Shown: positions 15,218 to 42,471 of the stretch, piece after piece | Layout of the letters: each line of letters begins with the position of its first letter | Numbering within the stretch: the first letter of the stretch is position 1 | NCBI RefSeq assembly: GCF_009914755.1 | Contig: NC_060933.1 | DNA length: 64,000 bases | Strand: one strand, 5' to 3' | Source of the DNA: the human T2T-CHM13v2.0 reference genome, Homo sapiens | Notes under the pieces: generated by a model | Database searches by the model: none | Told to the model about the DNA's origin: nothing | Seen by the model: only the letters and a program-made list of their open reading frames with translations | Program-made: the position numbers and the translations under genes

Positions 15218-16240
15218 CTTTTTTTTTTTTTTTTTGAGACAGAGTCTCGCTCTGTCGCCCAGGCTGGAGTGCAGTGGCACAACCTCTGCTCACTACAGCC
15301 TCCACCTCCTGGGCTCAGGTGATCCTCCTATCTCAGACTCCTGAGCAGCTGGTACCCATAGGCATGTCCACTAAAGCCTGCTAATTTTTGTATTTTTTGT
15401 AAAGATGAGATCTTGGCATGTTGATCAGGCTGGTCTCAAACTCCTGATATAACTGCCCAAGGGGTTCACCTTGCCCACTGCCTAGACAGAACCAATTTAT
15501 CAAGACAACGGAACTGAGATAGAGAGTTATTCACACAGAGCCAGCTGTGTGGGAGGCCAGAGTTTTATTATTCCTCAAATCAGTCTCCCTGGGCATTCAG
15601 GGAGCAGAGTTTTTAAGGAAAACTTGGTGGGTGGGGGTAAGCCAGTAAGCCGGGAGTGCTGATTGGTCAGAAATGAAATCGTAGGGAGTCTTCAGGCTAC
15701 ACGTGAGGCCCATAATCACATGTAATCATAGCTGTCTTCCTGCACTGAGTCAGTTCCTGGGTCGGGGCCACAAGATCAGATGAGCCAGTTTATCCATCTG
15801 GGTGGTATCAGCTAATTCATCAAGTGCAAGGTCTGCAAAATATCTCAAGCACTGATTTTAGGAGCAGTTTAGGTAGGGTCAGAATCTTGTAGCCTCCAGC
15901 TATGTGACTCCTAAACCGTAATTTCTAATCTTGTGGCTAATGTTAGTCCTACAAAGGCAACCTAGTCCCCAGGCAAAAAGGAGGTCAGCTTTGGGAAAGG
16001 GCTGTTGTCATCTTTGTTTTAAACTATAAATTAAGTTTCTCCCAAAGTTAGTTCAACCTACTCCCAGGAATGAACAAGGACAGCTTGGAGGTTAGAAGCA
16101 AGATACGGAGTCAGCTAAGTTAGATCTCTTTCACTGTCTCAGTCATAATTTTGCAAAGGCGGTTTCAATGGGCTCAAGCAATCCACCTGCCTCAGCCTCC
16201 CAAAGTGCTGGGATGACAGGCATGAGCCATGCACTTGGTG
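15218..16240 (-). mobile_element. AluJ split by LTR8
   Basis: Alu text stops at 15447 and resumes at 16168. Confidence 0.85.
15448..16167 (-). mobile_element. LTR8 solo LTR (ERV1)
   Basis: Reverse complement begins TGAAACCGCCTTTGCAAAATTATGACTGAGACAGTGAAAGAGATCT. Confidence 0.88.
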
Positions 16241-16256
16241 GGAAGACATAAGGTGA

Positions 16257-18383
<2,127 letters not shown>

Positions 18384-18915
18384 AGGCAGTGCTAAGATCT
18401 TTGAAGCCATAAACTCTTAGTGGACTGAAAATTTCTTTTTGTGGCAATGCTGACACACAGGGAATCTATAAAAATCATAGATGTTGTACTGTGAAGAAGG
18501 TTGAAATAATTCCAGAAAAGTTCATCAAATACCAAAGCATTCTTTGGAAGAAAAGATAAAAAATGTTTAGTATGTGCAAAAAGGATAGAAAACCTATATT
18601 AAAGAGAAGAAAGATCTCAAATAAATAACTTAACATTCTGCCTTAAGGAGCTATAAAAAGAAGACTGAACTAAACCAAAGCTAGCAGAAGGAAGGAAATG
18701 ATAAAGATAAGTGTAGAGAGAAATAAAATCATAAATACAATATAAAGAAAATGAATCAAACCAAGAGTTGATTATTTGAAAAGATCAACAAAAGTGACAA
18801 ATCTCTAGTTAGCCTAAGATGAAAAAGAGAAACAACTCAAATTATTAAAATCAGAAATGAAAGTGGAAACATTACTAATGACCTTACAGAAATACAATTA
18901 TAAAAGGATACTATG

Positions 18916-19238
<323 letters not shown>

Positions 19239-19511
19239 TCAACAAACTAGAAAACCTAGGTCAGTGTTTTGTACACAGAAAGCTACAAAACATTGCTGAA
19301 AGAAATTAAAGAAGACCTAAATAAATGGAAAGATATCCTATGCTCATAAATTGGAAGACTTAATATTATTAAAGTGTCAGAACTCCTCAAAGTGACCTAC
19401 AGATTCAATGCAATCTCTATCAAAATCCCAATGGCCTATTTATGCAGAAATGGAAAAGCTAATATCAAAATTCATATGGAATTGCAAAGGGCCTTGAATA
19501 GCCAAAACAAA

Positions 19512-19835
19512 TGATATGGTTTGGCTGTGTTCCCACCCAAATCTCGTCTTGAATTGTAGTTCCCTTAATCCCCACATGTTGTGGGAGGGACCAGGTGGAG
19601 ATAATTGAATCCTGGGTGTAGTTTGCCCCATCCTGTTCTCATGATAGTGAGTTAGTTCTCACAAGAGCTGATTGTTTGTTTGTTTTGAGACGGAGTCTCA
19701 CACTGTCGTCTGGGCTGGTGTGCAGTGGTGCCATCTCAGCTCACTGTAACCTCTGCCTTCTGAGTTCAAGTGATTCTCCTGCCTCAGCCTCCCAAGTAGC
19801 TAGATTTATAGGCACCCGCCACCATGCCTGGCTAG

Positions 19836-19866
<31 letters not shown>

Positions 19867-22148
19867 GTTTTGTTTTGTTTTGTTTTATTATCATTTTATT
19901 TTTAGTAGAGACAGGGTTTCACTATGTTGGCCAGGCTGGTCTCGAACTCCTGACCTTGTGATCTGCCTGCCTCGGCCTCCCAAAGTGTTGGGATTGCAGG
20001 TGTGAGCCACCGCGCCTGGCTGAGCCGATTGTTTTATGAGGGGCTTCCCCCTTCTCTGGGCATCATTCTTCTTGCTGCCACCATTTGAAGAAGGACATGT
20101 TTCTTTCCCCTTCCACCATGATTGTACGTTTGCTGAGGCCTCCCCAGCCCTGCAAAACTGTGAGTCAATTAAACCTCTTTCCTTTATAAATTACCCAGTC
20201 TCAGGTATGTCCTTATAGCAGCATGAAAACAGACTAATACAGTAAATTGGTACCAGGCAGTGGGGTGCTGCTGTAAAGATATCTGAAAATGTGGAAGCAA
20301 CTTTGGAACTGGGTAACAGGCAGAGGTTGGAACAGTTTGGAGGGCTCAGAAGAAGATAGGAAAATGTGGGAAAGTTTGGAACTTCCTAGAGATTTGTTGA
20401 ATGGCTTTGACTAAAATGCTGATAGTGATACAGATAATAAAGTCCAAGCGGAAGTGGTCTCAGACGGAGATGAGGAACTTTTTGGGAAATGGAGTAAAGG
20501 TCACTCTTGCTATGCAAAGAGACTGGCAGCATTTTGCCCCTACCCTAGAGATCTGTGGAACTTTGAACTTGGGAGAGATAATTTAGGATATCTGGCAGAA
20601 GAAATGTTTAAGCAGCAGACTCCAACAGGAAGCAGAGCATAAAAATTTGAAAAATTTGAAGCCTGACAAGGCAGTAGAAAAGAAAAATCCATTTTCTGGG
20701 GAGAAATTCAATCCAGCTGCAGAAATTTGCATAAGCAATGAGGAGCCAAATGCTAATCACCAAGACAATCGGAAAAATGTCTCCAGGGCATGTCAGAGCC
20801 CTTCGCAGCAGCCCTTCCCATCACAGGCCCAGAGACCTAGGAGGGAAAAATGGTTTCCTGGGTTGGGTCCAGGACCCCCCCTACTGTGTGCATCACTTGG
20901 TGCCCTGCATTCCAGCCATTCCAGCCATGACTAAAAGGAGCCAAGGTACAGTTCAGCCCATGGCTTCAGAGGGTGCAAGCCCCAAGCCTTGGCAGCTTCC
21001 ACATGGTGTTGGGCCTGCGGGTGCACAGAAGACAAGAATTGAGGTTTGGAAACTTCTGCCTAGATTTCAGAAGACGTATGAAAATGCCTGGATGTCAAGG
21101 CAGAAGGTTGCTGCAAGGCTGGAGCCCTCATGGAGAACCTCGGCTAGGACAGTCCACAAGGGAAATGTGGGGTCAGAACCCCCACACAGAGTCCCCACTG
21201 AGGCACTGGCTAGTAGAGCTGTGAGAAGAGGGCCACCATCCTCCAGAATCTAGAATGGTAGATCCACTGACAGCTTGTGCCATGAGCCTGGAAAAGCCAC
21301 AAACACTCAATGCCAGCCTGTGAAAGCAGCCAGGAGGGAGGCTGTACCCTGCAAAGCTATAGAGGCAGAGTTGCCCAAGGCCATGAGAGCCCACTTCTGG
21401 CATCAGTGTGCCCTGGATGTAAGACATGGAGTAAAAGGAAATCATTTTGGAATTTTAAGGTTTAATGACTGCCTCATTGAATTTTGGACATGCATGGGGC
21501 TTGCAGCCCCTTCATTTTGGCCAATTTCTCCCATTTGAAATAGGGCGAATTTACCCAATGCCTGTACTCCCATTGTATCTGGGAAGTAACTAATTTGTTT
21601 TTGATATTACAGGCTCATAGGCAGAAGGGACTTGCCTTGTCTCAGATGAGACTTTGGGCTTGAACTTTTGAGTTAATGCTGGAATGACTTAAGATTTTAG
21701 GGGACTGTTGGAAAGGCACTATTGTGTTTTGAAATGTGAGGACATGAGATCTGGAAGGGGCCAGGGATGGAATGATATGATTTGGCTGTGTCCCCACCCA
21801 AATCTTACCTTGAATTGTAATTCCCATAATCCCCACATCTCATGGGAGGGACCAGGTAGAGAAAATTGAATGCTGGGGGCAATTTACCCCATCCTGTTCT
21901 CATGATAGTGAGTTCTCACAAGATCTAATGGTTTTATAAGGGGCCTTCCCTTTCACTGGGCACTGATTCTTCTTCTCCTTGCTGCTACCATGTGAAGAAG
22001 GATGTGTTTGCTTCCCCTTCCACCATGATTGTAAGTTTCCTGAAGCCTCCCCAGCCCTGCAGAAGTGTAAGTCAATTAAACCTCTTTCCTTTATAAATTA
22101 CCCAGTCTCAGGTATGTCCTTATAGCAGTGTGAGAACAGACAAATACA
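19512..22148 (+). mobile_element. Complete THE1 MaLR element: 5'LTR 19512-20241 (Alu 19672-20021 inside), internal 20242-21772, 3'LTR 21773-22148
   Basis: Both LTRs start tgatatg(g/a)tttggctgtg and end aataca; purine tract before the 3'LTR; TSD acaaa/acaat in L1. Confidence 0.93.
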
Positions 22149-22616
22149 ACAATCATGAAAAAGAAGAACAAAGTTGGAGGACTCATATTTTCTGATTTCA
22201 AAACATACTACAAAGCTGTAGTCATCAAAACACTGTGGTGTTGGCATAGAGATTGACATAAAGACCAATGAAATAGAATTGAGAGCCAAAAAATAAACCT
22301 ATACATCTAAGGCCAATTGATTTTTGACAAGCATGCCAAGACCATTTAATGGAGAAAGAATAGTCTCTTCAATAAATGGTACAGGGACAATTGGACATTT
22401 ACATCCAAAGAATGAAGTTGGACCACTAACAACGACATACATAAAAATTAACTAAAAATGCATCAAAGACCTAAAAGTAAAAGCTAAAATTATAATATCC
22501 TAAGAAGAAAACATGGGGCATATCTTCAGAACCTTGGATTTCACAGCTTCTTAGGTATGACACCAAAAGCAGGAGCAATAAAGAAAAAATAAATGGGACC
22601 TAATCAAAATTTAAAA

Positions 22617-23445
22617 CTGGGCATAGTGGCTCACACCTATAATCCCAACACATTGGGAGGCTAAGGCTGGATGACTGCTCAAGCACAGGAGTTTGAGACC
22701 AGCCTGAACAATATAGCAAGATGCTGTCTCTACAAAAAAAATTTAAAAATTATTCATGGGCCGGGTGCAGTGGCTCATGCCTGTAATCCCAGCATTTTGG
22801 GAGGCCAAGGTGGGTGGATCATGAAGTCAGGAGATCGAGACCACCCTGGCTAACATGGTGAAATCTCGTCTCTACTAAAAAAATACAAAAAACTAGCCAG
22901 GCACGGTGGCAGGTGCCTGTAGTCCCAGCTACTCAGGAGGCTAAGGCAGGAGAATGGCGTGAACCTGGGAGATGGAGCTTGCAGTGAGCCAAGCTCATGC
23001 CACTGCACTCCAGCCTGGGCGACAGAGTGAGACTCCATCCCCAAAAAAAAAAATAAATTTATTAATCATTCATGGTGGCAAGTGCCTATAGTCCCAGCTA
23101 CTTGGGAGGAACACATGAGCCCAGGAGTTCAAGGTTACAGTGAGCTATGATTGTGCCACTGCATTCCAGGATAGGTGACAGAACAAGACTCTGTCTCAAA
23201 AAAAAAAAAAAAAAAAAAATTAAAATTTTAAAACTTTAGTACATCAAAGAACACTACCTAGAAAGTGAACAGAAAACCTACTAAATGGCAAAAATAATTT
23301 CAGAGCCTGTGCAGTGGCTCACACCAATAGTCCCAGCTACTCATGAGGCTAAGTTGAGAGAATTGCTTGAGCCCCAAAGTTTGAGTCCAGCCTGGGCAAT
23401 ATAGTGAGATTCCTGGCTCTAAAATAAATACAATAAAATAAAAAT
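22617..23445 (+). mobile_element. AluJ (22617-23220) with AluY (22759-23058) in its linker; FLAM (23305-23445)
   Basis: Alu consensus; attattcatgg/tcattcatgg TSD-like flanks. Confidence 0.88.
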
Positions 23446-23865
23446 TTGTTTAAATTATTTATAAACCATACATCTGATAAAGGTCTAATATCTGAAATAT
23501 TTTTTTAAGCTGTTACAACTGGACAACAATTAGACAACCCAATTCAATAACAAGATAGAACATGAATAGACATTTCTCCAAAGAAGCTATACATGGCTAA
23601 CAAGCACATGAAAAAGTGTTCTACGAAGTCATGTCTCTCACAACATGGATGGCACTGGAGGCTGTTGTCCTAAGCAAATCAATGCAGGAAAAGAAAACCA
23701 AAAACCGCATGTTCTCACTTATAAGTGGAAGCTAAACATTGAGTATACATGGACACAAAGACAAGAACAATAGACACCAGGGCCTACTTGAGGGTGGAGG
23801 CTGGGAGGATGGTGAGGATTGAAAATCTACCTATCAGGTACTCTGCTTATTACCCAGATGACTAA

Positions 23866-26108
<2,243 letters not shown>

Positions 26109-27038
26109 TAAATAAAAGTTGGTAGGAAAAAGAGGAACAAATAAAAGAAAAGATGTTCTAGATTATTAGTCTTTATAGAGAAATGCAAATTAAAGCCACA
26201 ATGAGATAGCATTTCACACCCATGAGAATGGCTATAATTTTTTTAAATGAAAAATAAGTGTTGGCAAGAATGTAGAGAAATTGGATTCATCATACGTTGC
26301 TGCTGGGAATGTAAAATGGTACGGCCACTATGGATAACACTCTGGTGGTTCTTCAATTACTTAAACATAGAATTACGATATGACTCAGCAATTCTGCTCC
26401 TAGGTATATATCCAAAAGAATTGAAATCAGATATTCAAACAAATACTTATACAGGAATGTTAATAGCAGCACTATTCACAAAAGCCAAAAGGTGGAAAAA
26501 AAACAAATATTCTTCAACAGATGAATGGATAAACAAACATGGCATATTCATACAATGGAATCTTATTCAGCCATAAAATAAAACTGATAACATGCTACAA
26601 ACATGTTTTGAATGAACTTCAAAAACATTATGTGAAGCAAAAGGTCACATCTTGCATGATTTCATTTATATGAAATATCCAGAATAGGTAAACTCATAAA
26701 GGCAGCAAGAAGATTAGTGGTTGCTTGGGCTGGGGGAGAGTGGGAATGAGGAGTGACTATTTAATAGTATAGAGTCTCTTTTGAGGGTGATGAAAATGTT
26801 TTAGAGCTTTTAACAGATAAAAAGCAATGATTGCACAACATTGTAAATGTACTAAATGCCTCAGAACTATATCATTTTAAATGGTTAATTTTATGTTACA
26901 TTAATTACCCCTAAATTAAAAAAAAAAGACAAATTGGACTTGCTTCTATATTTTCAGAAAGGCAACTGTCTTCTCTTCCCAGATCCAGTAACAAGATACA
27001 AGACTACATGGAACCTCCGTGCTTTCAAAAAACACCTG

Positions 27039-27337
<299 letters not shown>

Positions 27338-27714
27338 CACTTCCCTACATGTATAAAAAATGACTTCATTGATTTAGCAACTACTCTGTGGAGCTGATAT
27401 TCAGCTCAAACCACTATTATGGATTACACTGGTGCTGAAATGCAGGAATATTTCTGACTGGCTGAGCATTTTTTTATGCCTGTGCTATACTGGGGTTAAA
27501 TACTTGACATCAGCCTGGTCACTCTGTGTCAGGCTCTGTTCTGAGCACTGAAGATATGGTAATGAACAAATCAGACAAAACTCCCAGCCCTCCTGAAGTT
27601 TACATGCCAGTGGGGGATGAGAGAAAAGAAACAATGAAAAAGTAACTGTAGCATGTTAGATATAGATAAGTTTTAAGGAGAAAAACAAATAGAAAAGGAG
27701 ATAAGAACTGTTAG

Positions 27715-28560
<846 letters not shown>

Positions 28561-28724
28561 GGTGTGTTAAAAGCTATCTTCCTACCTACTGCACCTTACC
28601 TCTTTACAATCTATTTAATCTCTTTTTAAGCTTTGTTAGATGGGAATGAGAAAATTAGCACATCTTTCTGGAAAACACTGTAGCAAAAAGTAACAAGAGT
28701 TTAAAATTGTTTGTACCTTTTATC

Positions 28725-28895
28725 CTTCCTGGGACAAGAGGACACCTTTACAAATTCACTTCTTGCTTTTAGGTAAGTAAAGGAAGGGCAGAGAACTTTT
28801 CTTGTATCTGCTTCCTCTCAGTTGCCTTCAGCTCAAAATAATCTTCATGCCAAAGTGGCATATTTTGGGTTTGCATATTCTGCTACTCTTAAGTT
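28725..28895 (-). mobile_element. MER31/MER34-group LTR fragment
   Basis: gccttcagctcaaaataatcttcatgccaaagtggcatattttggg. Confidence 0.6.
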
Positions 28896-29007
28896 TTTAA
28901 TCATAGCACTATTTTTCATTTGTAAAATTGCATATTACCTACGAGACAGGGAAAGATTTAAAAGTTTCATAAAATGCTATGTTGGAAAGGCTTATTGTTG
29001 ATATTGA

Positions 29008-30226
<1,219 letters not shown>

Positions 30227-30289
30227 TTAAGTACTAACATTGAATCATTGCCAAGATATATAAAGTAAAATAGGCAAGGCACAGAACAG

Positions 30290-30735
30290 TATTAATTGTT
30301 CCCTATTATTCTTTCTCCCTTCTTCCAAAAGTTTTAGCCAGACACATGACCATCAGGAGTAGACTACATTTTCCAGTGTCCCTTGCAGCTAAGAGTGGCT
30401 ATGTGATTGAAGTCTCCTCAGTGAGATATGAGCAAAACTATTATGTGGCAGCTTCCAGGTCCCTTCCTTAGACAGAGGTATTATGTGGCCTTTGTTTCTC
30501 CATTGGACACATTCTTCATTGGATACACTCCATCCTGCTCCCGGGAAAGTAGTTCTCTCATCTTGGTTCATGATTGAACTGGAAGAAAACCAAGTCCCTT
30601 TTGGAGCTCACACACATCACAACTCTGGACCACTCTTGGAATTTCGCATGACAGTGATATAACCATCTTTTTTAAACCATTATTATTTGGGGTTTCAGTT
30701 ATTTGAAGCTGAACCCAGACCTATCTCTTACACAA
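30290..30735. mobile_element. Old ERVL LTR (LTR33/LTR16-like)
   Basis: gactacattttccagtgtcccttgcagctaagagtggctatgtga. Confidence 0.6.
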
Positions 30736-31790
30736 GTATAAATTTTGCAAGACTTATATCTGGCTAAATTGCCTGCAGAAAGATTGTGTCAATTTGTGCT
30801 GCAATAAGTGCTGTATAAATGTGTACAGAGCTTTTTTTTGCCACACTGTGCCATCTCCTGGATACCAGATGCCAACTGCTCGCTGGATCTAGAGACAGGT
30901 AAAAAGAATCTACAAATGTGACCTGGATGCCAGGACAGGCAGAGGCACCAGTACCAGCAAGAAGCTTCAGAAATAGAGTAGTTATTAAAATGACCATTTG
31001 CAGTGAGAAAATAAATCACTACAAACTACCAACTACCAGAGGCTAGGAGATTCAGGTCCCTTACTTGTGACATCTCTTTAGGCAATTTATCATAAATGCT
31101 TTTATATGGATGCATCCTGCTTACAATCTGGCTTCCCCTTCCGCTTAGGTCACCCTTTAACTCTCTGTAAGTCCCAGCACCCACAGAATCTGAGCAAGTG
31201 AAGGACCAGGAATTTTAAACCTCAGTAAAGTCCACCGTGCTGTTAATGTTAATCTGCCCTGAGCAGACACACCTTGTAAATACTCTGAGAATAAGGTTCA
31301 AAGTACCAAGGGCACTTGAGGAGGACATGGCTTTGCTTCAGTCAGGGAAGATTTCCTAGAAAAGTTAATGCTTAACAGAAGCCAACAAAGAAATGAGTGA
31401 AAAACGGAAGAGGAACTAGGATTTCTGCCCAGTTGGGAATTTTGGCGTTTACAAAACACCATTGAAACACTGACTCAATTATCATCTTCCTCCTGGAAAG
31501 ACAGAAGTCTTCCCTATGATGTTAAAGAGGACACATTTTCTTTTTTTTTCTTTCATCTAATTCTCAAAATAGTTTCTTTCTTTTATGTTTTAGATTCACT
31601 TTTTCCATCTGTTTTTTAATCTTTTCAGTATAATGCCCATTCTTAAAGACCAAGAGATTAAAATTGAACACCAGCTTTCATTAGCATCCAGGTCAAAAAT
31701 ATATATTAATATGTGCATTTCTAAAGGTAAAGTTCTAGTTAGGTCATGCTCTAACCTATAGACATGAACACTCATAAAAGGGAATTTGTT

Positions 31791-33172
<1,382 letters not shown>

Positions 33173-33249
33173 TTTATTTTACCTGTTACAGCATAACTCT
33201 TAACGTCTAACACATCATGAAGCCTGTATTTGTATAAATACAGGCTTCA

Positions 33250-34340
33250 CCATGTGCTAGACATCACTAGTGCACACTAGGGCTTCTCGCCTTTGGGGCA
33301 CATGGAAGACTTCACTTCCTAACCACCTTCCAGTTAAGTGGGACCATGTGACTAATTCTAAAAAATGAGCCAAAATGTAGATTGGGTATGAGATTTTGAT
33401 GAGTTTTTTTCTCCCATTTGATGACCAAGAAGGCCATGTGTTCCAGGTGGCACTTCTACAAGATGGTAGAGGCTCCTCAGCCTGGGTCTCAAGTTGCAAT
33501 AGATACCAAGTATGAGCAACTCAGATTGGGGAGCTGCTATTATCACAGCAAAGCTTAGCAGGTGGTATCCCAACTAATACAGGACATCTCATTTCCTACT
33601 TCTCAATCCTGGGGATAGGCCCTAACACGTGTAAGATTTCCTAAAACAAATGAACTAGCAGACAGCAAAAGTTCTAGTTATTTAGGGACAAAGGAATGTC
33701 TGCAGTTCTCATTTATTTTCCAAAGTTATTACATCTGTATATATTTACTTATAAGTGATTTTAAAAACCAAATGAGGCTGGCATAAGCAAAATAGGAAAC
33801 TGATTAACATATGTAAATTAGATGTCCAAGAGCCGACAAGTATTGGGCATGCTGGATGCAGGGGCTTAAGGTAGATATCAAGGATTCATTCTTGCCCTTT
33901 TCATAGCTCAGGTCTCTTTTCTTTTGTGATAGACGCATTTGCAGACAAAGTCTTCTCTTTTATTGGAAAGATGATTGCCAGCAGCTCCAAGATTACGTTG
34001 CTTTCTATTAGCTCTTACAAGTTTTCTAACTTGAGCACGAAGAGTGATTCTTTCTCCCAACCATTCTGGTAAAAAGTCCTGGGATACAATCTAACTGGAC
34101 CAAAGTCAGTCATATACCCAGTGCTAAACCAGTAAATATGACCAGAGAAATAAGATATTCTGATTGGCCACTCTACACCATGTGTCTAGCCCTGATTCAC
34201 AGGGTAGGGCCATCCACAGTGAAGCCACATGGACTAAAACAGAGGAATGGAGGTTCCCCAGGAAAATCAAGGAACTACTACCAAAGAAGACAGAATCGAC
34301 ACAGGGTAGCTAAAATGATAGATGTTCACTACAGACATTA
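33250..34340. mobile_element. Two degraded MLT1-type LTRs (~33250-33580 and ~33750-34340)
   Basis: accatgtgactaattct; gattgccagcagctcc; ctgattggcc motifs. Confidence 0.55.
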
Positions 34341-34465
34341 ATACAATGCACCTGGCAATGTTGGTGAACTATGTAATCAGTTAAGGAATTTTATGAAGTC
34401 CTGAGTATAAGCTTAAAACCTACTATGTCTGCCTGACCTTCAAAGGACCATCTTCCTTCCAAGTA

Positions 34466-34502
34466 TTAGGTTGGTGCAAAAGTTAATGTGGTTTTGCACC
34501 AA
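34466..34502. mobile_element. Internally deleted MADE1 (Hsmar1 MITE)
   Basis: TA-ttaggttggtgcaaaagt...ttttgcaccaa inverted ends. Confidence 0.75.
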
Positions 34503-34534
34503 AGAAATACATTGCAAGGTTCAAAATAGCCTGC

Positions 34535-34883
<349 letters not shown>

Positions 34884-36029
34884 CTATATACCACTCTCGT
34901 TACCCCCATCCCCATCTTAGTAGGCTTCTAAAATTATACTGGAAAACAATTTTAAGGATCATGGCATAGAATAGACTTCTTAGTCGAAGCTATTGTGATT
35001 TTAGATCACCTTTACATTACTTATGTTCTCAAATGTGAGTGAAACTTGAAAGAGGTGCAGCAATACATCTGGTTTTCTTTTCTGTTGTTGTGCATGTTTG
35101 CATTTTCTTTTGTTTTGTTTTTTGCCTCATGGGTGAAACTCCCATATCAGCCATTCCAGCCTCTACATCTCTCTCCCAAGCGGGTGTTCCTCTTGAGAGT
35201 TTCTGGCTTCAGCAGCTCAGGTGATGCAGTAACAGGTACAAAGTCGTATGTGAAGAGAATCACTCTCTGTCGAATTAATCTGCCTCTTTCAGTGAGTGGG
35301 GTCTTAAGAGGAGAAATGAGCATCAGGAGAAATTGAAATGGGACACTACTCTTTGACTTATCCACAGCTTGTGCAAGATGAAGGGATTTATGGATAAAAC
35401 CATCTGCCCACTCAGGGTTGTGAGCTCTTCAAGGACTTAGCATGTGTCTTTTTGACATCTGTCTCCACAGCACCCAGTACTATGAGGGACAAAGAGGTGA
35501 CGGACTCTGCCCAGGTTGTTCATAGTCTAGCGGAAATATTAACCTGGCATAGGAGTTACCATAATATAAGATGGAGAATATGGACTGACACTCGAACCAC
35601 AGGCAAAGAGTTTTGGGATTTCAAAGAAGAAAGTGCTTACAGCTGAATGGATAAGCAATCTTTAACAAGGAGGTAGCTTTGAAAGAGGTAAGGGAGGGAT
35701 GAGCAGAGCTGGGGGCAGGAAGTGCCAGGCAGAGGAACCACTAGTAAAAGAAAACAAAAAGGTGACATTTTCAGCTTAATCACTAGTACCAGAATAGGAG
35801 AGGACATTCTTTGTTTGGAAAAATATTTTGGTGAGCTACTAGAATTTAGGGTGAGAACTTTAAATTCATGAACATGGGCCCAAGCAGAGTCATGATCCCT
35901 GCACTGTACTGGATAATACAAGAAAGGGGCTCATGCGTAGCTAGATTTGGGGACATATACCCTCCTATGTCACAATGGAATACATTAAGCATTTGGAGGA
36001 ATGGCAAGGAGTTTGGAAAGGGCTGCAAA

Positions 36030-39430
<3,401 letters not shown>

Positions 39431-39499
39431 ACATTGTTGGTCCACATACCTTTAAAATTGAGAAACTTGTGTGTCGTGCTGAACATTTCCCTCTCCCTC

Positions 39500-40180
39500 T
39501 CCCTCTCCCCAACATTGCCATTGCCATGACTTTTACCCCCATTACCCTCTAGTCAAAGCCTCTACCCCCATTCACCTGTTCTACTTCAACAGCCTCCTGC
39601 TCCCCCTGCATTAATTTTTGCTTGCCTCTAGCCATTCTCCACACAGTCAAGGGTATTTTCAAAACACAAATCCAATTCTGATGCTTCTTTTCTTAAAATC
39701 CTTCAATGTTTTCATGCCACTTTTAGGTTAAAGGCTCACAACTTTAATGTGGCCTACAAGCCCCAGGGTGATGTGACCCCGCTCCGCCTCTTAAGCCTGC
39801 TAAGCCCCACTCTGTGCATCTGCATGTGCACCTTCTTGATTCCCTCAGCATCACCTGCCATCCACCTTGGAGCCTTTGTGTGTGCGATGCCCAAACACTC
39901 CTGCCCTGCTCCTTCGTCAGGATGACTCCTTCAACTGACAAATTGCTTTCCCAGGAAAACGCTCCTGGACCATCTAGCTTGGTCAGGTCCAAGTATTTAT
40001 CATAGTTTCCTAATACTTAGCATAGCTTCATAGTATTTAGCATAGCTTGTGGGTTATGCTTATTTGTATGGTTATTTGATTAGTAGTAGTTTCTCCTGAG
40101 ACTGTAAAAGCTTCATCAGTGCAGGGACTATATCTGTTTTGCTCAACAAATGTATTTTGAATTAGCAAATGGAATCAACT
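39500..40180 (+). mobile_element. L2 3' region
   Basis: aacagcctcctg, ccattctccacacag, ggcctacaagcccc, aaatgtattttgaatt. Confidence 0.7.
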
Positions 40181-40239
40181 GTCCTACTTAGTTAGTTCAT
40201 CAATATGTGTTTACTGACCATCATATATACCTTATCACG

Positions 40240-41296
<1,057 letters not shown>

Positions 41297-41671
41297 TCAG
41301 GAGAACAGTAACTAAGGAGAGTGAAAACAAGGGAGCACAAGAGAGCAAGAGAGAGAAAAAAAAAAGAGAGAACAAATGCTTACTAGGTACTATTACATAT
41401 ACGTGAAACAATCCTGTGCACTATGTCATATAATTTTATTAGGTATAAGGATATTTTCTGCTAATTTAATTGGTAAAAGAATTACTAAGTAGCTACAGTG
41501 GTCAAAGTCATCTCTGGGTGGTAGGATTCAAAGTAATTTTTATTTTCTTCTTTTTATTTTTTTTTTGTTTTTTATTTATTTTTTTTTTTTGAGACAAGGT
41601 CTCACTGTGTTGCCCAGGCTGGTCTTGAACTTCTGGGATCAAGTGATTCTCCCACCCCAGCTTCCCAAGAA

Positions 41672-42471
41672 TGGGAGCCACCTTTGCAAAAATGATAGCA
41701 GTGAGAGAAATCTAACATAACTGATTCCATCTTGCTTCTAACTTCACAAGCTAACTGTGCTTGCTCATTCCCAGGCATAGGCCAAGCTAATTATGGGAAG
41801 AATTTAATTTATAGCTTAACCGTAGAGCAAGGATGATGACAGCCCTTCCTAAAATTACCCTGCTCCTTGTTCAGAGACTGAAACTGCCCTTTGTAAAGCT
41901 AATGAAAGGCTATAAGGTTAGAATTATGGTAGAGGCCTGAATTCTGCTAAGCCCTAGGCATAGTAAAATAGTAACTAGTCATTGTCTCCTAACTTATGTA
42001 AGTAGAAGTCATGTAGCCAGAGGTCACAAGATTTGTAACTTCTCTAATCGCCCCTATAGATAACATCACTGCTGTTAAACCTGAGACTGGTGTTTGCAAT
42101 ATTTTTCAGATTTTGCATTCTGGTGGGCTAACACATCTGGACTCACGACCCACACAAAGGAAATGACCTAACTGGCTCCCCACTCAGAAACTGACTTAGT
42201 CCATGAAGACAATTTCGAACCCCTATGATTTCATCCCTAACCCAAACAATCAGTCAGCATTCTCCATTCCCTAGTCCCCTGCCCACCAAACTATCCTTGA
42301 AAAACCTTAGCCTCCGAACTCTTAGGGAGGCAGACTTGAAAAACATCTCCTGTTTTCCTAGCTTGGCTAGCCTTGCTATTATTAGACTCTTTCTCCACTG
42401 CAACTCCTACTGTTCTTAGTGTCTTGGCTTTTCTGGGCAGTGGGCAAGAAGAACCCAGTTGGAGTATTACA
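41672..42471 (+). mobile_element. LTR8-related ERV1 solo LTR inserted in a minus-strand Alu monomer (41545-42509)
   Basis: gccacctttgcaaaaa...ccatcttgcttctaac start; ggcaagaagaacccagttggagtattaca end; Alu text on both sides. Confidence 0.8.

Noticed and set aside
20401-21538. Cluster of ORFs up to 171 aa
   Set aside because: Fragmented THE1 internal region remnants
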